From Neocallimastix sp. 'constans' (taxonomy: Eukaryota), in NCBI GenBank assembly GCA_050613775.1, contig JBODTK010000100.1, positions 1 through 64,000 on the forward strand: a DNA stretch of 64,000 nucleotides. Direction: 5' to 3'. This document shows positions 41,745-55,293 of this stretch, piece by piece. Within the stretch, counting starts at the first letter, position 1, and every line of letters begins with the position of its first letter. The translations under genes and the position numbers were made by a program. The notes beneath the pieces were generated by a model that was not told the origin of the DNA, did not search any database, and worked only from the letters and a program-made list of their open reading frames with translations.

Positions 41745-42490
41745 TAATAAATAATTGACATTCATAAACTTTCTGATAGATTCAAACGTAGCAGCAACCC
41801 AAATATGTTCAATACTTTTTCTCATATATCATCTATCTTCATTTGAAGCAATAAAATAATCATTGCTTTATTTTGTGAGCGTCTTTCAAGAATGATATCC
41901 TGATATGAAAAGGATAAACATGAATATTATTACCGAGAATTTTCAAGTACCCTTTTTGCTTTTTCTCGGAGTGCTCTTACCAGTTTCACATTTCCTTTTG
42001 AAGTGAGGCCAATATAACTTAACCTAATGAGATACGTTCTAGCTCACTTGATAATTTCATATTAGTCAGAAAGATTTACTTTTTTTGTAGATTTTTATCT
42101 ACTTGTGTATCTGTAGACGGACCCATATACTAGGAATTCCTTAGTAAATATATTAAATGATACAGTATTAGCGCAAGCCCTCTCAAGCCTACGGTTAGAA
42201 CAATAACTTGTCTATAAGTAATAATAATAATAAATAATAATAAATTATAAATAATAATAAATAATAAATAATAATAATAATAGAAAAGGGGAGGGGAGGG
42301 GAAATACATACCTTTAACCCAAACCACTAATACTCTGTAAAAACCTCTTGTGATGGGAAAAACCTAGAAAATGGTCAAAGAGCGGGACCGAACCAAGGAG
42401 TCTTATGTATGCTAGCCTATGGTGGACTAACAACCAGGATAGAACCAGGTACAATAACCTGGGTAAAATATAAATCTAACCTAAATTAAA
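41745..42490 (-). mobile_element. Decayed element / pseudogene: GC-rich leader plus a stop- and frameshift-interrupted ORF (42126-~41745)
   Basis: GC-richer island. The minus frame reads KKVNLSD*YEIIK*ARTYLIRLSYIGLTSKGNVKLVRALREKAKRVLENSR**YSCLSFSYQDIILERRSQNK/NDYFIASNEDR*YMRKSIEHIWVAATFESIRKFMNV. Family not recognised. Confidence 0.45.
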
Positions 42491-43361
42491 AATTTTTTTT
42501 TTTTTATAGAGTTAATAAAGTTAATTAAAAATTTTTATTCGATTTTTTATTGGTTATCTTAAAAAATATTTTTAATTAATTAACTAATTAATAAGCAAAA
42601 AAAAAATAAAAATATAAAAAAAAATAAATATAAAAAAAAATAAATATAAAAAAAATAAATGTATAAATATTTAAAATAATAAATAAATAAATTAAATAAA
42701 TCAATATAACAATAACAATAACAATATAAATATAATATATAATATATAATTTATCAATCTATATAAATATTCATATATATCTAAAATATAAAAAGTATTT
42801 TTTAATAATAATTAAAGTTTCCATTTAGGAATAAATTTCAAATCAAAATAATTTTCTTTTTTTTGTTTTTATGGTTGAGTCAATTTCCAATTTTCATTTT
42901 TTTTATATTTATATTTATATTTATTATTATTCAAATTTAATTGTTATATATGTATTTATATAATCTACATAAAATATATATATTTATTAATTAATCTTTT
43001 TTTTTTTGTCATTTAATTATATATAATTTATATGTACATATATATCAATATATATAATTGTATATATATTTTATTGGTGACATCCATGTTGGTTTTTATT
43101 TTTATTTTTATTTTTTTTTTTGAAAAAAAAAAGAATAAAAATTTAGGATGTGTTTTATGGATTTATCTTTTGAAAGATTAAATGAACGATAAAGTGATAA
43201 AGGACTCATATATATATATAAAAAAGGAATATTGGAATTCTTATTGATAGGTATTGAAATTAAAAAATTCTATTCTTTTAGCAGAAAAAAAAATATGTAT
43301 TATTAATATATATATATATATATATATTTTTTAAAAAACTTCATAATTAAAGTAAATTGAA

Positions 43362-43392
<31 letters not shown>

Positions 43393-43718
43393 CTTATCAT
43401 TTACTATTGATATTAATGATATTCAACTAAAACTAATATAAAAATGCTAATAATACTAATAAAATAGTTTAAAATATTATAATTATAAATAAATATATAT
43501 ATTAAAAAAGGTTTTCTTTTTTTCTTAAATTATATATATAAAAGTTTTCATAAAGAATTAAATTTGTTATTATTTTTTTTTTTTTTATAATAGAAATCAA
43601 AAATAATATTCATTCTTAATAACAATAACAATAATAAGTTAATGAGTTAATAAATAAATAAATAAATAAATAAATTAAGGAATAAGAATTAATTGTATCA
43701 AAAGAAAAAAAAAAAAAA

Positions 43719-44228
43719 ATGTCGGTAACAACACCAAAAACCATAATCACCTCTACCTCGACCTCTGCCACCACCACCACTACTTTGTATGAATCAAAAA
43801 TTTCTTTAGCGAAATGGATGGTTTATGATGTCATTGGTAATATAGGATGGATTTTATATTTAGTTTTTTTAGGACTATCCTTTGTTAAAAAACCAGAATT
43901 TATGAATTCTGACGTTATGCTGATGATCATGTGGGTATCCATCCTACCGGGACTACTAATCGTGATGGGTGTGGTTGAATTAATTAGTGAGAGAATAGTT
44001 GGATTGGATTATATTCTTCCAAAGGTTAATCTTTATCGAGGTTTTGGAGCATTAACTCTTGCTGGCATATTAGGCTTTTTTATTACACTCTCTGGAGTTA
44101 TCTATGGAATAATGTTTATTCCTACCAATACCAATTTGTTATATGTATGGTTAATGTTTATCGGCTCCATATTACTGGGAATATTTGCAGGACTTTTATT
44201 TAAAGAATATAAAAAAATAAAAAAATAA
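43719..44228 (+). CDS. Intronless small 4-TM membrane protein of unknown function
   Basis: Clean 169-aa ORF of normal complexity in AT-rich flanks, with an A-rich start context, four hydrophobic segments and polar loops (YDVIGNIGW, ELISERI, LYRGFGAL). Confidence 0.85.
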   Translation: MSVTTPKTIITSTSTSATTTTTLYESKISLAKWMVYDVIGNIGWILYLVFLGLSFVKKPEFMNSDVMLMIMWVSILPGLLIVMGVVELISERIVGLDYILPKVNLYRGFGALTLAGILGFFITLSGVIYGIMFIPTNTNLLYVWLMFIGSILLGIFAGLLFKEYKKIKK

Positions 44229-44967
44229 TAAAAAAATATATATATATATATAAAAGTTTAATACAAATAATAACACTACTTAAAAAAAAAAAAATTAATT
44301 AATTCCTTTAATTTCCTTATATTTAAATAAAATAGTATTTTATAGTATTTTAAAAAAAAAATTCCTTTACTTTAATTTTCCTTATATATTTATTTGAAAT
44401 AAAGTAGTATTATTAAAGATAAAAAAAAAAACTTTATTTATTTATTTATTGTTTTATAATAAATTAATAAATATTATAATCAATCATATTAGTTCTTAAT
44501 ATTATTCATCATATCATAAAGAATAGAGATAGAGATGATTTTATAGGGTAATCCTTTATAATAATTATAATAATAATGTATAAACTAATGAATATAAAAT
44601 GAATACATAACTAAAATAAAATAAAAAAAAAAAAAGAAAAATAAAAAAATAAAAAATAAAAAATAAAAAAAAAAAAAAAAATCAATAGTTTTTGTTTATA
44701 ATAACTTGATATTTATATAAATATATAAATATATACATATATATAAATTTATTGGTACTGTTCATTACTTTACTAAAAGATTTTTTTTTAGATGATATAT
44801 ATACATTATATTTTTGAAAAAATATATATAAAAAAAAATTTTTTTTAGAATAGTTAGATCTTAATAACTTTTAATATTTAATATGATGTATTAATAGTAT
44901 TGGTATTAAATAAATAAAAAAAAAAAAAAAAAAAAAAATACAAAAATCAAAATTTTGAAAAAAAATA

Positions 44968-44998
<31 letters not shown>

Positions 44999-45562
44999 TT
45001 ATATTTATAAATTTATATATCTAATATATATATATTTAATTTGCTTTTATTATTATTAATATTAATATTTTAGTATTAGTTTTTTTTTTTTTATTTATTT
45101 TTTTTTTTATTTTATAAAAGTGTACATTATAATTATTTTGCTTATAAGAATTTCTCCTTTAGGATGATTCTTTTATCTGTATTTTTATCTTTATTTTAAG
45201 AAAAAAAATTTTTGTTTTATAAAAAAATATTATAATTATTAATTTATATAAATATATATTAGTATTATTTTATAATATTCCGTTTATTTATTTATTTATT
45301 TTTTGTTTAGGAGCAATTTTTAGTTATACATATATATTAAATAATATATATATATATCTATTTTTCTTTTATAAATATTATAACATATATATATATATAA
45401 AATTTTTGTTTAAAGTTTAATAATTTATTTTTGTGATAATTTATTATTATTTTATTATTATTATTATTATTTTTTTTTTTATAATAATTTTGATTTATAT
45501 GAGTATTGGCATTTATTTGTATTTTGTATTGAGAACTTATTTGAAATTTAATTTAATTTAAT

Positions 45563-46738
45563 TTAAAGGAATGGTTCAACATTAACTTCTAAAGCAGAAC
45601 ATGGATAGTTAATATCAAACTTTTCTAAAGTAGTTGGATGAACAATACCGAAACTACCAATAACCTTGTTGTTGAAGTAAACATCAGCTCTACGACCTGG
45701 GAAGAAGGTTGGATCTAAATAATAATAAAATAATAATAATAAAAAAAAATAAATAAAAATAAAAAAAAATATACATAATTTAAAAATATTATTAGATATT
45801 AATTTAAATTATTTATTTATTTAATGTTTTTTTTTTTTTAATTATATACAAAAAACCATATATATAAATACATTTATTTATTTTTTTTTTTTTTTTTTTT
45901 TCAATTTATTATTTTAATTTACTTACTTTCAGATTCCTTAATGTAGTAACCACCTTCTTCACCGACAGCAACACGGTTGACACTAAGCATAGCCATAATT
46001 CTATCTAACATACCGTGGATAACCTAAGAATATTGACAATAATTAATCCAAAAAAAAAAAGAAAGAAAAAAAAATTAATAATTTATAATAGGAAAAAAAA
46101 AATAAATATACAAATGATTATATTATTCATTTATATAACATATATTAATATTATATATATGTATATATATATATATTTTTTTTAAACATACTTCAAAACC
46201 AGCGGTTTTGTTGGTATATACGGCGGCCATGTTTCTTTGGTTTCTGGCTTTTCTTTCATAGGTGTCATCCTTGAAAACAACATCAGAAACTTCAAAGACC
46301 TTAAGTGGAAGAGCCATCTTCTTGTTTTGAGCAATAGTCTTAAAGATACCTGGTAATAAACTGTTTCTAACAACCTATTATTATAACAAAAAAATAATAA
46401 AAAAAAATTATGGGAAAAATAAAATGATAATAATAACAAAATAATAACAATTTATGTTAATAAAATTAATGTATATATATATATATATTTTTTTTAAAAA
46501 AATAATTATATATTTATTTATTTACTTGGTATTCAGCAGTCTTTGGGTTAGCTAACTTAACAGCGGTCTTACCATCATCAACTCTGTTCATGAAGGCAAA
46601 GTTTTCATCATGAGAACACTATAGTTAATAAAAACAGTAGATAAAAATATTATAAATATTTATTTTTATGTTAATATTATATAAAATTTATATATATATA
46701 TGACTTTTTTTTTTTATTTTATTTTATATTATGTTAAA

Positions 46739-46771
<33 letters not shown>

Positions 46772-47226
46772 ATTTTTTAAATTAATACTTACTAAAATTA
46801 AAGGAAGAACTTCAGTGAAACCAGAAAGAGCAAATTCTTTTCTGATCATATCAGATAATTTATTTAATGGGAATGGAACACCAATAGTGTTAGTATGTGG
46901 CTTAGTCTTTGGAATGTTGTTGTAACCATAGGCAATAGCAACATCTTCAATAATATCACATTGGTGAAGAACATCACTTCTAGTTGGTGGAACCATAACC
47001 TTAAGTCTGTCAGTGTCGTTTTTGTCGTATAAGGAAGCATCAAGTGACATCTTAGCTAAGTAGTTAATAATTTCTTCAGTTTTAAGGTTAACACCAACAG
47101 TTTCGTTAATTAACTTAACACTAGCTTCGAATTCCTTGTTAGATAAATCTGGGCAAACTCTAACAGTACCATCTGGATAAACAACTTCAACTGGTTCAAT
47201 ACTATAAAAAAATAATTTTTTTTTTT

Positions 47227-47278
<52 letters not shown>

Positions 47279-49625
47279 TATGTTATTATAAATATAATAA
47301 TAAAAATAATATTATAATATTATTTCATTAATAAAAATTTTTAAAAACAATATAATTTATCCTTTTTTTTTTTTTTTTAATATTTATTTATTTTAGGAAT
47401 GAATATTAAAATGATATCTATGAAACTTACGTGAACTTTTCCTTACAATACATAGAGAAAGTAGTAACTATAGTGTTTAAGACAATGTTAGTCTTAGTTA
47501 AATCAGTACCAGTACATTCAATGAAAACATTCTTAGTGTTAAGGGAAATCTTAGAGTGGTCACCGTTAATAATTGGTGGTAAAGATAAGACAGTTCTTTC
47601 ACTATCGTAAAGAATTGGGTAACGTGGTTTGTCACGAATAATATGTAAATACTTTCCAAGTTTTCTGTGGTTCTTTTTAATTGATTAAGATATTTCAAAT
47701 TTTAATTTTAATTAAATAAAAATAATAACAATAATAATAATAAATAAAAATGAAATAATTAAAATTTAATTTAAAATTCAAAAATTCAAAACTTTATTTA
47801 AAAAATATTATCCATTTAATAATAATAATAATAATAATAATAAATATATTTATTTTTTTAGAATATATATCATTAAATAAATAAAAAATAAATAATTAAA
47901 ATAATTACTTCGTAGAAGGACATAATTTCTTCACCATTCATTTCCTTATCAGTATTTAATGGCTTGAACTTTAATTCCTTTGGTGGTAAAGCTTCATAAG
48001 TGAATGGACCCTTAAGAGTATCAAGATCATGAGTACCAATAGCAACAAGGGTACGTCTTCTGCATTATTCCCATAAATTTAATAGCACAAACATTTTTAA
48101 AAATTATTTAATATTTTTCCATAATAATAATAAAAATAATAATTATCAAGAAAAAATATTTATATGTAATAATGAAAAAATATATATATATTAAATAAAT
48201 ATATAAATATTTTAATATATTTATAAATATATATTAAATTTTTTTATAATATATTTATTTATGTATTATGTATATATTGTTTAATATATAAATAAATTTA
48301 ATTTTTTTTTTTTTTATTTTTTATAAAATTTTTATATAATAAAACTAACCTGCAAATGTTGTTGTGAAGCTTATCTTGAAGTTCAATAAAGTTTTCATAA
48401 GCAAATTGGTCAAAAGTAACATTTCTAAGAATAGCACAAGCACAGTATGGTCTAACTTGTTGAGTCTTTTTTTTTTTTTTTTTTTTTTTTTAGAAAATTT
48501 TATTATTATAGAGTTTAAAAAGTTATTATTCATAAATAACAATATAGATATATTTATTAGAATGTATTAATTTGTTGTAATATTTTAATATATATTATAT
48601 TTATTATTTTAGTTTTGAAATAAATCAATTATGCATATAAATTCTATGTAATATATTTAATTTTATTGTTTTTCTATAATATTTAAAACATATAAATATT
48701 TATTAATCTTTTAATATATTTACTTCTGGCTTGATGGTCATTCTAATTAATTTTTCTGGTTTAGTAACGACGTACTTTGGTGGTTTGATTTGACCAAGGT
48801 AAATCTTTAAAGCTTGAGAAATACCTTCTGGACATAATAAATCGTATCTTTTATTGCATTAATAATTTATAAATAAATGTAATGATTTATAAATATTAAT
48901 ATATAATATTAATATTTTATTTTTTGATGAATTTTTCATTTTTTTTAATTTATTATTAATATATATAAAATTTGATTAATAAAATTAAAACATTTTTTTT
49001 TTTTTATATCATTTATATATTTTACATCTATATGATTATAATAAATTAAACGATTAATATTATAGTTATTTATATATTGTATATGAATACCTGTTAGCTG
49101 GAATATCAATTCTGTAAATTCCTCTTTCAGAAAATTCACTGGCCTTTTCGGCACCCATTTCTTTGGTGGCCATTTCCTTTTCAGAAGTCTTTATTTATTA
49201 ATTGATTAATATTTTTAATAATATAATAAAAAATTATTATTATTATTTTCTTATTGTTGTATTATCTTTTATTTCATTTCATTTCATTTTATTTTATATT
49301 TTTAAAAATCTTTATATTATTTATTTATTTAATTAATTAGTTTTTATTACATCATCTTCTAATTCAATACCGAATTCGAAACATAAATCTCTGAATTCCT
49401 CGGTAGCTATTTTTGAATTTAATTTTATTTTAAATTATTGAACACATATAAACATCATTTTGAATTAAAATAATATAATATAAAATAAAAAAATAGGATA
49501 TATGAATAAAAAAAGATTTATTTTAATTAGATTATATTTTATAGATTATATATAATCTTTATTTATTCTTTTTTTTTTTTTTTTTTTAACATTATATCTA
49601 TAGTGTTAATCTTGATAATTTAATA

Positions 49626-49682
<57 letters not shown>

Positions 49683-49755
49683 CTTATTGCTATTTACTGT
49701 AAACTTTTCCGAGTTCTTTGAAAAGATTTTCCTTGTCTACGTTTACGGTTGGCAT
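45563..49755 (-). CDS. FARSB: Cytosolic phenylalanyl-tRNA synthetase beta subunit, about 12 exons
   Basis: Spliced exons read [135 protein letters not shown]. Confidence 0.97.
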
Positions 49756-51008
49756 TCTCACAAAATTATTAAACTCTTAGTAAATTTATTATAATATTTT
49801 TTTTATTATATTTAACGTAAAGAAAAAAAAAATTTTTAGATTTTTTTTTTCTTTTCTTATTCCACCTGAATCACGATAAAAAAAATTTTTTAATAAAAAA
49901 TAAATAAATAAATAAATAAATAAATAAATTAAAAATTAACTAATGAATAAATAATATATATATATAAATATAAATAAATGAATAATAAATATAAATGTAA
50001 ATAAATAAATGTAAATAAATATAAATAAATAAGTAAATAAAAATAATTAAATGAATAATAAATATAAATATAAATAAATAAATGAATAATAAATGTAAAT
50101 AAGTAAATATAAATAAGTAAATATAAATAATTAAATAATTAAATGAATAATAAATAAATACATAAAAAAATTACAGATCAATATTTTATATATGTATCCT
50201 TTTTTTTTTTTTTTTTTATGCCAATAATATTTTTTACATTATATTCTATTTTTTTTTTAATTTTTTTTTATTATAAAATTTGATTAAATTTTTATTTTAA
50301 TTTAAAAAAATGTTGGATAAAAAAATTTTTAGTTTATTTTTTATGTAATGTTACATTATTCATACATTATTCATACATTATCTATTATATTTTATATACA
50401 TTAAATCTATTAATTATTAATAATGTATCATTTAACTATTTAACTTTTTTTTTTTTATATAAATATTTATAATTACATTTGAACCTTTGTAGTATAGAAT
50501 CTATATTTAATATATAAATGAATGATAGCCATGCTTCAATATAAATTAAAAATTAATATAAAATTCTATAAATTTATTGGATAAAATATATGGCTTATAA
50601 GCCACTAATAATATTTACATTTTAAAAAATGTAATGTATTTAAATGTACATTAAAATTAAAATGAAAATAAAAGATGAATTAAGAAAGAATTAAAAAATA
50701 TAAAAATAAAGAAAAATAAAACAAGTATTATTAAAATTATAATATATAAATAAACCTGTTATTTATATTTATTCATATTTGATTATTATTATTTTTTTAT
50801 TATTTTTCTTTTAGAGAGTAGTTCATGTTATATCATTTTAATAAAGTTAGAATTGTCTATATGTATTATTAAAGTGTTATATCATTTTAATAAAGTTTTA
50901 AACAAGACTTAGAAATATAAAAACCTTGAAAGTTTTATTTAATAGAGTTTTATTTGGCAATTTCATTCAATCCATGCAAACACTTTTTTGCATTCTATGA
51001 ATATGTAT

Positions 51009-51041
<33 letters not shown>

Positions 51042-51312
51042 GAAAAATTAAAAAAAAACTTTAATTTATAATTTTTTTTTATTTTATTTATTTTATTTTT
51101 TTTTTAATTTTAATGTTACTTTTTGATCTTTTTAATGGATAAAATAATAGAAATTTTGGTAAAAATGAAATTTTTTTAATTTTAAATTTAATTTTATATA
51201 TATTGTAATCTTTTTTTTTTTTTTTAAATTAATAAAATTTTGTTTTAAAATTTATTATTAATTACATTTTGATTTTAAAAGTACTATAATAAAACAATAT
51301 ATATATATATAT

Positions 51313-51363
<51 letters not shown>

Positions 51364-51589
51364 TAAATACAATTTGTAATAAATTGTAAAAATTAATCTT
51401 ATTTTTTTTTTAATATATTCTTGTATATTGTTGTTATTATTTTAATCATTAATTATCAAAAGTAGTAGTTGTATTATTACAAAAATAATTATTATCAGAG
51501 GTAGTAGTAGTAGTAAAAATAGTAGTGGTAGTAGAAAAATAGTAGTGGTATAATTATTATTACAAATATAATTATTATCATCATTATCA

Positions 51590-51845
51590 GTAGTAGTAGT
51601 AGTAGTAGTAGTATAATTATTATCATCATCATTAGTAGTAGTAGTATAATTATTATCATCATCATTAGTAGTAGTAGTATAATTATTATCATCATCATTA
51701 GTAGTAGTAGTATAATTATTATCATCATCATTAGTAGTAGTAGTATAATTATTATCATCATCATTAGTAGTAGTAGTATAATTATTATCATCATCATTAG
51801 TAGTAGTAGTATAATTATTATCATCATCATTAGTAGTAGTAGTAT
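51590..51845. repeat. 33-bp minisatellite (AGTAGTAGTAGTATAATTATTATCATCATCATT), about 7 copies
   Basis: Consecutive identical units; they explain the MMMIIIILLLL ORF. Confidence 0.92.
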
Positions 51846-52997
51846 TAGTAGTAGTAGAAATACTAATTGTAATTATAATAATAATAATAATGTAATAATA
51901 GCATTAATAATAGTAAAGGTAAAGTAGTAGTAAAAACAGTTGTAGTATTTGAATTTACCTTAGTAGTAGAATTGTTGTTGTTATTATTATTACGATAATA
52001 GTTAAATATTAAATTATCATTATTAATTATACATTTTAAATATTCTATTATAATATTAATATAAATTAATGAAAGTCTCATTTTAATTATTTATTATAAT
52101 TATTGTAGTTCTTTTTATTTTTTTTAAAAAACTGATTATTGTATAATAATATATGTATTATTTTTTATTTTAAGGAACTTTTTATTAATATATTATTTAT
52201 GTATTTTAATATAAATAGTAGTTAGTAATAATTAAATTTATTACTACGGTTACTATCATTATTATTATTTTATTAATACTATTAATATTAACCACTATCA
52301 AAATATTATCAATACTACTACTATTATTATTTCTTTTATTACTATTATTATTACTACTACTACTTTTACTTACTACTAATAATACTATTATTTCTGAATA
52401 TAATAATATTTATAATAGTAATTATACCAGTTCTATTACTTAATGATAAAAAATCATGATAATGATAATGATAAGTAGTACTAATTAATATAATGATAAT
52501 TATTAATAATTTTAATTGTAATAATAACTAATAATATTTTATTAATAGTATTATTAATAGAATTTTAATAATAGTAGAAATAATAATATAATAATTATGA
52601 AAGTAGCAATAAACTTAATTATACTACTACTACTATTACAGCTATAAATACTAATAATAGTAATAAAAAATATTAATAATAATTATGCCATTACAACTAC
52701 TGATATTAATAATTAATAGTAAATGTTAATTATACTACTGCTGCTAATTCTTACCATTGATAATAATTATAAATAGTATTAAGATTTATATTATTACTAT
52801 ATTAATTACTACTACTCCTGATAATAATTATAATAGTAAATGATAATTATACTTGCACTACTGCTACTAAACTTATAATTACTATTATTACTGCTACTAC
52901 AATTATTAATTCTAATAATAAATTTTAATTTTAATGACAGCAACACAGTAGTTATAGTAATAATTACTACTAAAAATATATTAATTTTACTAGTTGA

Positions 52998-53030
<33 letters not shown>

Positions 53031-53158
53031 GTAATAATAATAATGATAATAATAATAAAGTAATAATAATAATGGTAGTAATAATAACATAATAGTAATA
53101 ATAATAATGATAATAATAATAAAGTAATAATAATAATAATAATGATAATAATAATAAA

Positions 53159-53190
<32 letters not shown>

Positions 53191-53492
53191 GTAATAATAA
53201 TAATAATGATAATAATAATAAAGTAATAATAATAATAATAATGATAGTAATAATAATGATGCTAATAATAAATTTAATTATAATACTGCTACTATTATTA
53301 TTACTATTTCTTATAATATTTATAATAATAATTATACAATTGATATTAATTATCGTAGTAATAGTAATTGTAATTATATTACTATTATTATTATTATTAT
53401 TAGTATTATTACTACCACTATTATTATTACTACTGCTACTACCTTTAAATACTACATCTATTACTAATTACTAGTACTACTACTAATAATAA

Positions 53493-53547
<55 letters not shown>

Positions 53548-53944
53548 GAAGTTGTAATAATTGTAGCAATTAATACTAATAATACTAATAATAAAGTAAC
53601 AAAAATAATGATAACAATAATAATAATAAAATAACAAAAATAATGATAACAATAATAATAATAAAATAACAAAAATAATGATAACAATAATAATAATAAA
53701 ATAACAAAAATAATGATATTAATGATAATAATAATAAAACAACTAAAATAATAATAATATTATTAATTATAATAAAATAACTAAAATAATGATAATAATA
53801 ATAATAAAAAACTAAAATAATAATAATATTATTAATTATAATAAAATAACTAAAATAATGATAATAATAATAATAATAAAATATCTAAAATAATAATAAT
53901 AATATTAATAATCATCATCAACATCATCATTATAAAATAAATGA

Positions 53945-54026
<82 letters not shown>

Positions 54027-54600
54027 AATAAAACAACTGAAATAACAGTATTAATAGTAATAGTAAAATAATTAAAATAATTAAGGTGAAGTTACAATAA
54101 TCTTAATACTACTACTTCTACTACTATTATTATTATTGTTATTATTAATTATAGTAATAAAAAATTAATTATCATAGTACTACTGATGTTAATTATAACA
54201 GTTATAGTAATTATACTAATGTTATTACTGCTGATAATAATTACACTTTTACTTCTATTTATACTATCACTATTACAACTACTTCCACTACCATTAATAT
54301 TACTACTATTAACATCACTAATAATAAATTAGTAATAATAATAATTGATATAATGATAATACTAATAATAGATAATATATAATAATAATAATAAATAAAT
54401 AATAAGTAATAATAAATAAATAATAAATAATAATAGAATATATAATAAATAATAAATAATAAATAACAAATAAATAATAAATAACAAATAATAAATAATA
54501 AAAAATAAATAATAATAATAATGATAAATAAAAATATAATACTAATTAATAAATAAATAATAAATGTTTATAATAATAATGATAATAAATAATAAGAGAT
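51846..54600. repeat. Degenerate AAT/ACT/AGT triplet-derived low-complexity tract with local ~30-bp and longer tandem duplications
   Basis: Triplet periodicity that switches strand polarity repeatedly; no sustained sensible ORF. Confidence 0.75.
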
Positions 54601-54794
54601 TAATAGTGTAGTAAAATTATTTTTTTAAAATATTATAAAAAAAAAATCTATAGTTATTATTAACATTATAATTATAATTATTGTTTTTATATATATTAAT
54701 AATATTTATTACTAACAATGGATTTTTTTTTTTTTTTTTTTTACACGAAAGAATAAATATAATAAGTTTTTATTAATGTGTTATCTTTATAATG

Positions 54795-54799
<5 letters not shown>

Positions 54800-54837
<38 letters not shown>

Positions 54838-55293
54838 CTAGGAATAAACTTTATTTAATAATATTTTTTTTAAAAAATACATGAAATTTAAATACATGAA
54901 ATTTTTTTATATTAATATTAAAAAACTACGTTATGAGCTTCGAGGACGAAAAGGCCTCTAACTCTTCCCATTCATCGAAGATAACCCCATGTGGATGAAA
55001 ATTATCATTCGAATCTGTATCAGAATTTCTTCTTTGCCTTATCGTTACGACGTCGACGCTCTTGACAACGGTAGGTCTAACACTATACAAATCGATCATG
55101 GTGTAAAAATCACCAATCACAATAGGCATAACGTTAGTAAGGAATTCCGCAAGCCCCACAAAATATGAAATCGGGAAAGAAGACTCGTTCGAAGGTGATT
55201 GAAAAATATTATTAATATATCGCCTTCTTTCCCCCGAGCCGATCTTTAAGATTTCAAATACTGCATTTCCGCCAAGAAGGAGACACAGCACGT
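54800..55293 (-). mobile_element. 5'-truncated non-LTR retrotransposon (LINE-like) 3' end or retrocopy: ORF C-terminus, ~90-nt 3' UTR, poly(A)
   Basis: Perfect 14-bp direct repeat TTTATAATGGTATT at 54786-54799 and 55294-55307. T-run at 54798-54834. The minus frame is open from the element boundary to TAG at 54926. Confidence 0.85.

Noticed and set aside
42440..42449. TAGAACCAGG shared with 31861-31870
   Set aside because: A single 10-mer with no extended alignment; insufficient to link the two islands.
51590..51845. CRISPR-like array
   Set aside because: Head-to-tail identical units with no spacers, in a eukaryotic context.
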